Assembly (NCBI GenBank): GCA_002159155.1
Contig: LZRQ01000119.1
Span: forward strand, 1 to 62,878
DNA from: Firmicutes bacterium ZCTH02-B6
GTDB taxonomy: Bacteria; Bacillota; Limnochordia; Limnochordales; ZCTH02-B6
DNA: 62,878 nt
Direction: 5' to 3'
Shown piece by piece: positions 18,794 through 26,935 of this stretch. Each line of letters opens with the position of its first letter. The first letter of the stretch is position 1. Made by a program: the position numbers and the translations under genes. The notes beneath the pieces are model-generated. The model was not told where the DNA came from, made no database searches, and saw nothing but the letters and a program-made list of their open reading frames with translations.

Positions 18794-19890
18794 CCCGACC
18801 GGTGCTGGCTTCGACTGAGCCGCCGGGCGAGGGGGTGTCGCAGGAGCCGCGCCTGCCTGGCCACATCGCGCGTTTGGAGCTGCCGACGCCGTATCCAGTG
18901 GGGCCGGTCAACGCGTACGTCGTCTTTGGCCGGTGCCTAACCCTTATCGACACAGGGCCCAACACTGATGAAGGAGAGGCCGCACTGCTGGACGGATTGC
19001 AGGCTTTGGGCGTCGCCCCTGAGAAGGTCCAGCAGGTGGTCATTACGCATCCCCACGTCGATCACCACGGGGGGCTCGACCGCTTCCTCCGGCACAACCC
19101 GCGGGCGCGCGTCCTGGCACACATGGGGGCCGCACCGTTTTTCGGCGGCAGCCCGGAACCCCGTCTCGGTTTCTACCGGCAATGGCTCAGAGAAGCCGGC
19201 CTGCCGGCGCCCCTCATCCCGGCTGTCCTCGAGGGCCTGCGCCGCCTGGGGGAGCTGGAGCCGAAGGCGAAACCGCAGCGGTGGCTGCAGGACGGGGACC
19301 TCATTGTCATGGGTGATGGCACGTGGCGGGTGCTGCATACGCCGGGGCATTCCGGTTCGCAGATCTGTCTCTACCACGAGTCGAGCCGCGTCATGTTCAC
19401 CGCCGATCACATCCTGCCGCAGGTGTCGTCCAACGCGATTGTCGAGCCGGCGCCGGGGCCCGGGGCGGGCCGGCCCCGCACCCTAGTGCAGTACCTGGAC
19501 GCCTTGCGGCGAGTGGCCGCTCTGCCTATAGAATTGGCGCTACCCGGCCACGGGCCGCCGTTCGCCGACGTCCAGGCGCTGGTACACGAGCGGCTCGCGA
19601 TGCACGCCCAACGGCTCGAGCAGTTGCTGGGGAGGCTGGCAACGGGTCCGGCCACCGTCTTTGAGCTGGCGCGGGTCCTGTTTCCCCACGCGGACCACGG
19701 CCAGCAGTTAGTGCTCGCGCTGTCGGAGGTGCAGGGACACCTGGATGTCCTGGAGGCCGCGGAGCAGGTGCGGCCGGACTCGGACGCTCTAGCTGGCACG
19801 GGCGCGGGCGATCCGGCTGCAGGGGCACTCGTCTACCGCGCTGTCGACGCGGCGAGGCGGGCGCATGGGATGAGCGGCGGAGGCGGATGA
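18790..19890 (+). CDS. MBL-fold metallo-hydrolase with a C-terminal helical extension
   Basis: 366 aa with the HxHxDH motif VITHPHVDHHGG and a later HTPGHS. Its start overlaps the acdA stop (GTTGA), implying translational coupling. Confidence 0.8.
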   Translation: MTRPVLASTEPPGEGVSQEPRLPGHIARLELPTPYPVGPVNAYVVFGRCLTLIDTGPNTDEGEAALLDGLQALGVAPEKVQQVVITHPHVDHHGGLDRFLRHNPRARVLAHMGAAPFFGGSPEPRLGFYRQWLREAGLPAPLIPAVLEGLRRLGELEPKAKPQRWLQDGDLIVMGDGTWRVLHTPGHSGSQICLYHESSRVMFTADHILPQVSSNAIVEPAPGPGAGRPRTLVQYLDALRRVAALPIELALPGHGPPFADVQALVHERLAMHAQRLEQLLGRLATGPATVFELARVLFPHADHGQQLVLALSEVQGHLDVLEAAEQVRPDSDALAGTGAGDPAAGALVYRAVDAARRAHGMSGGGG

Positions 19891-19929
19891 CGGGGATGAA
19901 GATGGCGGAATAAGTGAAGGAGTTCACTA

Positions 19930-19958
19930 TTGACTTCTTCCGGCACCGCTTCTATAAT
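19930..19958 (+). promoter_or_regulatory. Near-consensus sigma-A promoter of the met operon
   Basis: TTGACT (19930-19935), 17-nt spacer, TATAAT (19953-19958), about 60 nt upstream of the riboswitch P1. Confidence 0.7.
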
Positions 19959-20019
19959 TGCCCTAGCGTTACAACTCAAAACCAACGCATCGACTCCCTG
20001 TCGGTGCGCGACAGTGCAA

Positions 20020-20147
20020 CTCTTATCGAGAGCGGCGGAGGGACTGGCCCGATGAAGCCCGGCAACCGGCGTCCGCTTTAGGGCGGGCGCAAGGTGCCAA
20101 TTCCTGCCGAATGCCGGGGAGAGGCCCGGCGTTTGGGGAGATGAGAG
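20020..20147 (+). promoter_or_regulatory. SAM-I (S-box) riboswitch aptamer
   Basis: CTCTTATCGAGAGCGGCGGAGGGACTGGCCCGATGAAGCCCGGCAACC ... AAGGTGCCAATTCCTGCC ... GGAGATGAGAG matches the conserved S-box core. The P1 arms are CTCTTATC and GATGAGAG. It is upstream of metNIQ, the classic regulon. Confidence 0.9.
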
Positions 20148-20170
20148 GAGGCACATCTGCGACAGATGTA

Positions 20171-20198
20171 CCTCTTCTCGTGCGGGAAGGGGTTTTTT
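20171..20198 (+). terminator. Intrinsic terminator (expression platform of the SAM riboswitch)
   Basis: Stem CCTCTTC / GAAGGGG with an 8-nt loop, followed by TTTTTT. The 5' arm can alternatively pair with the 3' P1 strand region (GAGATGAGAGG). Confidence 0.75.
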
Positions 20199-20256
20199 GT
20201 TGCATATCCACAACGGTTTCCTCAATGGCAAAGCAAGCGGCACCGCAACCGTTCCC

Positions 20257-21003
20257 ATGCTCCGTCTTGAAAACGTGCAGAAGACGTACGGACGGGGCGC
20301 CAATCAGGTGCAGGCGCTGCGCGGTGTGTCCATCGACGTGATGCCGGGAGAGATTTTCGGCATCATCGGGTTGAGCGGAGCGGGCAAGAGTACCCTCATC
20401 CGCTGCATCAACTTGCTGGAAAGGCCGCAAGCCGGCCGGGTGTACATCGACGGTGTCGATGTCACCGATTACAAGGGCGCGGTACTGCGCAGCATGCGCA
20501 GGCAGATCGGGATGGTGTTCCAGCACTTCAACCTGCTGACCAACCGGACTGCCCTGGGTAACGTTACGTTTCCGATGGAGATCGCCGGGCTGTCCCGGCG
20601 CGAGCGGGACCAGCGGGCGTTGGAATTGCTTGAATTTGTCGGATTACGCGCCAAAGCTCACCGCTATCCGTCTGAGCTCAGCGGCGGCGAGAAGCAGCGG
20701 GTGGGCATCGCCCGGGCGCTAGCGTCCGAGCCCCGGCTGTTGCTGTGCGACGAGCCCACGTCGGCGCTGGACCCGGAAACGACCGCGTCGTTCCTCAACC
20801 TCCTTAAGGATATCAACCGGCGCCTGGGCCTGACCATCGTGATGGTCACCCACCAGATGCACGTGGTGCGCGCCGTCTGCGGCCGCGTCGCCGTGTTGGA
20901 CCAGGGGCGGGTCGCCGAGTTAGGTACCGTCGCGGAAGTGTTTGCAGCGCCCAAGACCGAGGCGGCGCGGCGGCTTGTAAAGGAGGCGGCCATCGGTGCT
21001 TAA
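20257..21003 (+). CDS. metN: Methionine ABC transporter ATP-binding protein, short form without the C-terminal NIL/C2 domain
   Basis: MLRLENVQKTY..., Walker A GLSGAGKST, signature LSGGEKQRVGIARAL, Walker B LLLCDEPTSALD. Ends ~248 aa after ATG 20257 and overlaps the metI start. Confidence 0.88.
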   Translation: MLRLENVQKTYGRGANQVQALRGVSIDVMPGEIFGIIGLSGAGKSTLIRCINLLERPQAGRVYIDGVDVTDYKGAVLRSMRRQIGMVFQHFNLLTNRTALGNVTFPMEIAGLSRRERDQRALELLEFVGLRAKAHRYPSELSGGEKQRVGIARALASEPRLLLCDEPTSALDPETTASFLNLLKDINRRLGLTIVMVTHQMHVVRAVCGRVAVLDQGRVAELGTVAEVFAAPKTEAARRLVKEAAIGA

Positions 21004-21664
21004 CCAGCAGGTGCTCAACATGCTGTGGCCAGCCCTCTGGGAAACGCTCTACATGGTGGCGGGAGCCGTCTTTTTTGGTCACCTGTTTGGGGTGCCCCTG
21101 GGAATCCTCGTGGTCGTCACCAGCCCGGGGCACATCTTGCCCAATCGCCTGGTGCACCGCGTGCTTGGGATCATTATCAACGTCGGGCGCTCGATCCCGT
21201 TCATCATTTTGATGGTGGCCATCATCCCCTTCACCCGGTGGGTGGTGGGCACCTCCATCGGCACGACGGCGGCCATTGTGCCGCTCTCCGTGGCCGCAAC
21301 GCCGTACATCGCGCGGCTTGTGGAGACGGCCCTTCTCGAGGTTGACTTGGGCGTCATCGAGGCCGCTCAGAGCATGGGCGCGACTCCGTGGCAGGTCATC
21401 TACAAAGTGCTCTTGCCGGAGAGCTTGTCGTCCCTGGTACTGGGGGTGACCATCACGACCATTAGCCTCGTCGGCTATTCCGCCATGGCGGGTGCCATCG
21501 GCGCCGGGGGCCTCGGCGACCTGGCGATCCGATACGGCTACCAGCGATTCCGGGGCGATGTCATGCTCTACACCGTCGTCGTCCTGGTGGTGTTGGTGCA
21601 GCTGATTCAAATGGCGGGGAACTTCATCGCCCGGCGGGTGGATCATCGCCATCCGTCGCAGTAA
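20996..21664 (+). CDS. metI: Methionine ABC transporter permease
   Basis: 222-aa five-helix permease with a MetI-like N-terminus (LWPALWETLYMV). Operon context. Confidence 0.88.
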   Translation: MLNQQVLNMLWPALWETLYMVAGAVFFGHLFGVPLGILVVVTSPGHILPNRLVHRVLGIIINVGRSIPFIILMVAIIPFTRWVVGTSIGTTAAIVPLSVAATPYIARLVETALLEVDLGVIEAAQSMGATPWQVIYKVLLPESLSSLVLGVTITTISLVGYSAMAGAIGAGGLGDLAIRYGYQRFRGDVMLYTVVVLVVLVQLIQMAGNFIARRVDHRHPSQ

Positions 21665-21791
21665 GGCGGCAGAGCGGCAATTCAACTCGCCGTCACCGGG
21701 GCACACGCCCCGTACGGGGCGCCGTGAGGGCGTGGCCACGGGTCGGTGAGGAGACAATCTAAAGAGAGCTAATACTGGGAGGGTTAGAAAT

Positions 21792-22589
21792 ATGAAGCTG
21801 TCGTTGCTCCGTTCCGCAACAGTCGCGGCACTGGTCCTGGCGTTGGCTGCCGCCGCGGGCGCGCAAGGGACCTGGGTGATCACCGTCGGCGCCACCCCGG
21901 TGCCCCACGCGGAGATCCTGGAGTTCATCAAGCCCGCACTGCAGGCGGAAGGCATTGAGTTGCGGGTCGTAGAGTTCACCGACTACGTCCTGCCCAACTT
22001 GGCTTTGGCGGACGGTGAACTGGATGCTAACTACTTCCAGCACATCCCGTATCTAGAAACCTTCGCGGCCGATCACCGGCTCAACCTGTCGGTGCTGGTG
22101 GGCGTGCACATCGAGCCCATGGGATTGTACAGCCGGCGGCACACGAGCCTCGACCAGCTGCCGCAGGGCGCGACGATCGCCATCCCTAACGACGCCACCA
22201 ACGGGGGGCGGGCGCTGCTCTTGCTCCAGCAGGCGGGCTTGATTCGGCTGGCGGACGGCGTCGGCATTACGGGCACCGTGTTTGACATCGTAGACAATCC
22301 CAAGAACCTGCGTTTCCGCGAGCTCGAGGCGCCGTTGCTGCCCCGGGCCCTGGAGGACGTGGACGCTGCCGTCATCAACACCAACTACGCCCTCGAGGCG
22401 GGCCTGGTCCCGTTGCGGGACGCGCTGGTGATCGAGGGGGCGGAGTCGCCCTACGTCAACGTGGTGGCGGTGCGCACCGGCGACGAGACGAATCCGGCCC
22501 TGCGCAAGCTCGCGGAAGCTCTGCTTAAGCCCGAAGTGCGGGAGTTCATCCTGGAAACCTACGACGGCGCGGTCGTCCCGGTCTTCTAA
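21792..22589 (+). CDS. metQ: MetQ/NlpA-family methionine-binding protein (copy 1)
   Basis: 265 aa with a signal peptide and NlpA-family pattern (VGATPVPHAEILEFIKP, IAIPNDATNGGRAL, PYVNVVAVR). Confidence 0.88.
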   Translation: MKLSLLRSATVAALVLALAAAAGAQGTWVITVGATPVPHAEILEFIKPALQAEGIELRVVEFTDYVLPNLALADGELDANYFQHIPYLETFAADHRLNLSVLVGVHIEPMGLYSRRHTSLDQLPQGATIAIPNDATNGGRALLLLQQAGLIRLADGVGITGTVFDIVDNPKNLRFRELEAPLLPRALEDVDAAVINTNYALEAGLVPLRDALVIEGAESPYVNVVAVRTGDETNPALRKLAEALLKPEVREFILETYDGAVVPVF

Positions 22590-22622
22590 GGGGTGTCGCG
22601 GTCAGCGAAAGGAGAGAGGCCC

Positions 22623-23414
22623 ATGCGGCGCTTGCTAGCGCTTGTAACACTGGTGGCGGTGGTGGCCGTAGCCGGCGGATTGGCTGCCGCCCAGCCCACT
22701 GTGCTGCGGGTTGGCGCGAGCACCTTGCCCCACGCTCCGATTCTGGAGTTCATCAAGCCGATGCTGGCCGAGGAAGGCATCGAGCTGCAAATTATCGAGT
22801 TCAGCGACTATGTGCTGCCGAACTTGGCGTTGGCAGAAGGTGACGTGGACGCCAACTTCTTCCAGCACATCCCGTACCTGGAAGACTTTGCCACCAATCA
22901 CCGGCTTGACCTGACGTGGACGGTGAAGGTGTTCTTAGCCCCCATTGGTATGTACAGCTACAAGATTACCTCTATTGACCAGCTGCAGCGGGGCGCGACC
23001 ATCGCCATTCCTAACGATGTGACCAACGGTGGCCGCGCGCTGGCCCTCTTGGCCCAGGCCGGGTTGCTGGAGTTGCGCGAAGGGGTCGAAGGCAACGCGA
23101 CGGTGTTTGACATCGTCCGCAATCCCTTGAATCTGCGCATTATTGAACTGGAAGCGCCGCTCTTGCCCCGGGCATTGGATGATGTGGACGCGGCGTTCAT
23201 CAACCAGACGTACGCGCTGGAGGCGGGCTTCAGGCCGGCGCGAGACGCCATCCTGCTTGAGTCCGGCGAATCGCCTTACGCGAACGTCGTGGCGGTCCGG
23301 CGGCAGGACGCCGACAACCCGGCCATCCAGAAGCTGGGCGAAGTGCTGACCCGACCCGAGGTGCGGGACTTCATCCTGGAGTACTTTGAGGGCTCCTTGA
23401 TCCCGGTGTTTTGA
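22623..23414 (+). CDS. metQ: MetQ/NlpA-family methionine-binding protein (copy 2, tandem paralogue)
   Basis: ATG 22623 is preceded by AAAGGAGAGAGG. Roughly two-thirds identical by eye to copy 1 across the mature region. Confidence 0.88.
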   Translation: MRRLLALVTLVAVVAVAGGLAAAQPTVLRVGASTLPHAPILEFIKPMLAEEGIELQIIEFSDYVLPNLALAEGDVDANFFQHIPYLEDFATNHRLDLTWTVKVFLAPIGMYSYKITSIDQLQRGATIAIPNDVTNGGRALALLAQAGLLELREGVEGNATVFDIVRNPLNLRIIELEAPLLPRALDDVDAAFINQTYALEAGFRPARDAILLESGESPYANVVAVRRQDADNPAIQKLGEVLTRPEVRDFILEYFEGSLIPVF

Positions 23415-23470
23415 GTAGCATCCTGATGCTCGTGGCCGGACAAGGAGGCGTTTGGCCGGCGGAGAACAGG

Positions 23471-23517
23471 AAAAAGCGGGTGAGGGCGCGGGGGATCGCG
23501 CACCGAACCCGCTTTTT
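23471..23517. terminator. Terminator after metQ2 (A-tract / compound hairpin / T-tract)
   Basis: AAAAAGCGGGT ... ACCCGCTTTTT with an inner GCGCG/CGCGC stem. Confidence 0.65.
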
Positions 23518-23573
23518 CTGTAGGTACGACGCCTTGGGCCGGCTGGCCCGATGACGACACGGAGGTGGGAGGC

Positions 23574-24347
23574 ATGTCGTTGGTGGACGTCCAGCGGGAC
23601 GGCGCGGTGGCGGTCGTTACCCTCAACAAGCCGCCGGTCAACGCCCTGGACGGGGCTTTCCTGCGGGAGATAGACAACGCTGTGGCAGGGCTAGAGCACG
23701 ACGGCGCCGTCCGCGCCGTCGTGTTCCGGAGCGCCATCCCAGGCATTTTCATCGCCGGCGCCGATATCAAGGCGTTTCAAGATCCGGACGCGACCCGGGC
23801 GTCCATGGGCCGTTTTCACGAGTGCTTTAACCGCATCGAGCGACTGCCCAAGCCGACGATCGCGGCCATCAGCGGTCACGCCCTCGGCGGCGGGTGTGAG
23901 TTTACCCTAGTCTGTGACTTCCGGCTGATGATCGACGACGGGAAGAGCACCATCGGACTGCCCGAGGTGAGCCTGGGGATCTTCCCCGGCGCCGGTGGCA
24001 CCCAACGGTTGCCCAGGATTGTCGGCCGGGCGCGCGCGCTGGACATTATCCTCCACGGGCGTCGGCTTACAGCGCAGGAGGCAGCTGCGGCCGGTCTCGT
24101 GCACGCGGCGTGGCCGGCGGAAGGTTTTGAGGAGCGGGTATTGGAGTATGCCCGGCGCCTGGCACAAGGAGCCACCAAGGCGCTGGCGGCGGCCAAGGCC
24201 AACGTGCTCCGGGCGGAGAGTACTCCCTTGGACGTCGGGCTAAAGCTCGAGGTCAGCGACTTCCTCGAGGTTCTCCGTACCGCTGACGCCCAGGAGGGCG
24301 TGCGGGCGTTTCTCGAAAAGCGGGCGCCTACGTTCCGCGGGCAGTAG
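23574..24347 (+). CDS. Enoyl-CoA hydratase/isomerase (crotonase family)
   Basis: About 257 aa: VVTLNKPPVNAL, FIAGADIKAF, GHALGGGCEFTLVCD. ATG 23574 follows GGAGGTGGGAGG. Confidence 0.9.
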   Translation: MSLVDVQRDGAVAVVTLNKPPVNALDGAFLREIDNAVAGLEHDGAVRAVVFRSAIPGIFIAGADIKAFQDPDATRASMGRFHECFNRIERLPKPTIAAISGHALGGGCEFTLVCDFRLMIDDGKSTIGLPEVSLGIFPGAGGTQRLPRIVGRARALDIILHGRRLTAQEAAAAGLVHAAWPAEGFEERVLEYARRLAQGATKALAAAKANVLRAESTPLDVGLKLEVSDFLEVLRTADAQEGVRAFLEKRAPTFRGQ

Positions 24348-25029
24348 ATCCCGCGCGGGCGCGCCGCCAGAGAGCGTAGCCGGCCCAGCCCGCCAGCAGG
24401 ATACCGCCGCCGACGGCCAGCCAGCGGGTGTAGCGGGGGTCCTCCAGCACGGCGGTGCCGAGAAACGAGAAGAGGACGATGGCGGGAAGGTCGCCGAGCA
24501 CGGTCGCAGCCAGGAAGTGGAGCGGCGGGATGCGGGACAGGCCGGCGGCGTAACTCCACAGGTCGCTGGAGGTAAATGGGATCAGCCTGGCGATGAGCAG
24601 GACGGCGAAGCCGTTCTTGCGACTGAAGCTGTCCACCCGTTCCAGGACCTGGGCGGGGAGCAGCCGCCGGATGGCCCGGCGAGCCACCCAGCGGGCGACG
24701 GCGAAGGCGGCCATCGCCCCGACGGCGACGCCCGCGAGTGACACCAGGCTCCCTACCCACGGACCAAAGAGCATCCCGTTGGCGATCATGAGGAACCAGT
24801 TGGGGACTGGCGCCAGGAGCGCTTCGACGGTGAAGAGGGCAAGGATGACCACGACGGTCCAGCCGCCGAATCCTCTCAAGTATTCCACGCCTTCTTCCAG
24901 CTCCGCTTCCCGAAGGAAGCGGCGCATATCCCGCCACGTTTCCGGCGCCGCTCCCAGGGAAAAGACAAACACGGCCAGCGCGAGGCCAAGCAACAAGTAG
25001 GCCGCGGGCCGCCGGCGGCGGGAACCCAC
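24328..25029 (-). CDS. DedA / TVP38-TMEM64 (SNARE-associated) family membrane protein
   Basis: 233 aa with the pattern APVPNWFLMIANGMLFGPWVG ... LIARLIPFTSSDLWSYAAGLSRIP. Its 3' end overlaps the convergent hydratase gene by 20 nt. Confidence 0.85.
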   Translation of the reverse strand: MGSRRRRPAAYLLLGLALAVFVFSLGAAPETWRDMRRFLREAELEEGVEYLRGFGGWTVVVILALFTVEALLAPVPNWFLMIANGMLFGPWVGSLVSLAGVAVGAMAAFAVARWVARRAIRRLLPAQVLERVDSFSRKNGFAVLLIARLIPFTSSDLWSYAAGLSRIPPLHFLAATVLGDLPAIVLFSFLGTAVLEDPRYTRWLAVGGGILLAGWAGYALWRRARAGSTARGT

Positions 25030-25189
25030 CAGAGCACCACCCTTTCCGTCCCGGGATGGAAGCGACCAGCTCCATTCCGGCCGGATCTAGCTTGCCCGGA
25101 ACCGGCAGGCAGCACAAGACCGCCTCGGTACAAGTAGGGGGACGCCCACCTTGGCGGGCGGAGGGACAGTTGGAGGAGGGAAATAGCCG

Positions 25190-26398
25190 ATGCGGCAATG
25201 GCTTGAGCAGGCACAATCGATTCGCGAGTGGATCGTCGACATCCGGCGTGACTTGCACCAGTATCCAGAACTGGGCTACCAGGAATACCGGACAAGCCAG
25301 GTGATCCGGGATCATTTGGATGAGCTGGGCATCCCATACCGTCACCCGGTGGCGGAAACCGGCGTCGTCGCACAAGTGGGCACAGGCCGCCCGCCCTGCG
25401 TGGCGCTGCGGGCCGATATGGACGCGCTGCCGATTCAAGAGGAGACCGACGTGCCGTTCCGCAGCCGCCATGAGGGGAAGATGCACGCCTGTGGGCACGA
25501 CGCCCACGTGGCCATGCTTCTTGGGGCGGCCCGGCTGCTCAAGGCGCACGAGCGGGCTCTGCCCGGTACGGTGCGGCTGGTGTTCCAGCCCGCCGAGGAG
25601 GGGGGAGCCGGAGGTGACCGCATGTGCGCGGCGGGCGTGCTGGATGACGACCCGCCGGTACAGCGCATCTTCGGGCTGCACGTTTGGCCCTTCGCTCCGA
25701 CGGGCACCGTCGTCGGGCGAGCGGGGACGTTCATGGCCGCGGCGTGTGAGGTGGACATCCGGGTGCAGGGCCACGGGGGCCATGCGGCCATGCCTCACAT
25801 CACCGTCGACCCCGTCGTGACGGCGGCCAAGATCGTCACGGAGCTCCAGACCATCGTCAGCCGCGAGCTCGATCCTTTGGCCGGTGGTGTTGTCAGTATC
25901 ACGGGGATCCGGGCCGGCGAAGCTTTTAACGTCATCCCGCCGACGGCTCGGATGTGGGGCACGTTGCGCTCACTGACCGCCGAGGGGATGGACTTCCTCA
26001 AGTCCCGGGTCGAGTCCATGACCACGCTGGTAGGCGAAGCCAACCGCTGCCGGGTGCAGGTCAGCTATCCTGGTACGGGCTATCCGCCGACCGTCAACGA
26101 CCCGGACTGCTGGAGGTTGGCCCAGGAGGTCATAGGCGAACTGCTCGGAGAGGAGCGGGTGCTGGAGGTCGCACCCATCATGGGAGCGGAAGACTTCGCC
26201 TTCTACACCCGCCGGGTACCCGGCTGTTTTCTCGGCCTTGGGGTGCGCAATGAGGCACAGGGGGCCACGTATCCAGTGCACCACCCGCGCTTCACCTTGG
26301 ACGAAGACGCGTTGCCCATCGGGGCCGCGCTGCACGTGGCTTTGGCGCTCAAAGCTTTGGCCGAGCTGCGCGCCAAGGGCGCTGGGCTGGACGGTTGA
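25190..26398 (+). CDS. M20D-family amidohydrolase (N-acyl-L-amino acid amidohydrolase / hippurate hydrolase-like)
   Basis: 402 aa with the motif HACGHDAHVAMLLGAA and typical M20D length and dimerisation insert. Confidence 0.85.
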   Translation: MRQWLEQAQSIREWIVDIRRDLHQYPELGYQEYRTSQVIRDHLDELGIPYRHPVAETGVVAQVGTGRPPCVALRADMDALPIQEETDVPFRSRHEGKMHACGHDAHVAMLLGAARLLKAHERALPGTVRLVFQPAEEGGAGGDRMCAAGVLDDDPPVQRIFGLHVWPFAPTGTVVGRAGTFMAAACEVDIRVQGHGGHAAMPHITVDPVVTAAKIVTELQTIVSRELDPLAGGVVSITGIRAGEAFNVIPPTARMWGTLRSLTAEGMDFLKSRVESMTTLVGEANRCRVQVSYPGTGYPPTVNDPDCWRLAQEVIGELLGEERVLEVAPIMGAEDFAFYTRRVPGCFLGLGVRNEAQGATYPVHHPRFTLDEDALPIGAALHVALALKALAELRAKGAGLDG

Positions 26399-26415
26399 CG
26401 GTTTCGCAAGACGGG

Positions 26416-26880
26416 CTATGCGATGCCGCGCAGCTCCGGCTCGTCGCCGCGGACGAGTTCCGGCTGCAGGGCCAGGCGCGGGAAGGGCAGCCGCGACCTT
26501 AGTGCGGGGCCGCTTAGCGACGGATCGTCGTCCAACAGCTTGAGGATCCAGTCCGCGTGGGCAAAGATCCGGTCCACGTCGATGCCGAGGTAGTGGGGCC
26601 GATACGGGGGCAGCTTGCGCTGGACCTTAAGAAGTTGCAGGCGCACGCCGCGGGGATTGCCCCGCTGGGCGTGGACGAAGGCGCTGGCGTAAATGATGAG
26701 ACCTTGGTAAAAGTCGCTGCGGTTAGCCCGCCAAGGCTGCTCCAGCACCTCGTGGCTTTCCCAGTAGGCGCCCGCGTTGAAAAGGTCGATGAAGCGCACG
26801 AATGGTTCGGGCAGCGGAGTCGGCAAAGGCGATGTCATGCGCAGTACTCCCTTGGCCGCACCGAGACTGGCTAGCGGCAC
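26416..26880 (-). CDS. DUF309-domain protein (start may be ATG 26838)
   Basis: Motif FNAGAYWESHEVLEQPWR is characteristic of DUF309. Last gene of the minus-strand mutase operon. Confidence 0.7.
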   Translation of the reverse strand: MPLASLGAAKGVLRMTSPLPTPLPEPFVRFIDLFNAGAYWESHEVLEQPWRANRSDFYQGLIIYASAFVHAQRGNPRGVRLQLLKVQRKLPPYRPHYLGIDVDRIFAHADWILKLLDDDPSLSGPALRSRLPFPRLALQPELVRGDEPELRGIA

Positions 26881-26935
26881 GGCTCCCCACGGTTGAGGGG
26901 CGTTCTCGCTTCCGCCCAGTTATCCATGCTCCCGC

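Noticed and set aside
20197-20256. N-terminal extension of metN from the TTG at 20197 given in the ORF track
   Set aside because: That TTG lies inside the U-run of the riboswitch terminator. The canonical MetN N-terminus (MLRLENVQKTY) begins at ATG 20257.
24328-24347. 20-nt convergent overlap of the hydratase and dedA genes, plus the 25-nt same-strand overlap of sppA and yip1 at 54522-54546
   Set aside because: Short terminal overlaps are common in compact high-GC genomes and may also reflect uncertain start or stop choice. No additional signal was seen.
23876-25798. 640-aa minus-strand ORF spanning the hydratase 3' end, the dedA region and the amidohydrolase 5' half
   Set aside because: It overlaps three well-supported genes in other frames or on the other strand. 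The translation is an Arg/Pro/Gly-rich low-complexity string, there is no SD, and no family resemblance.
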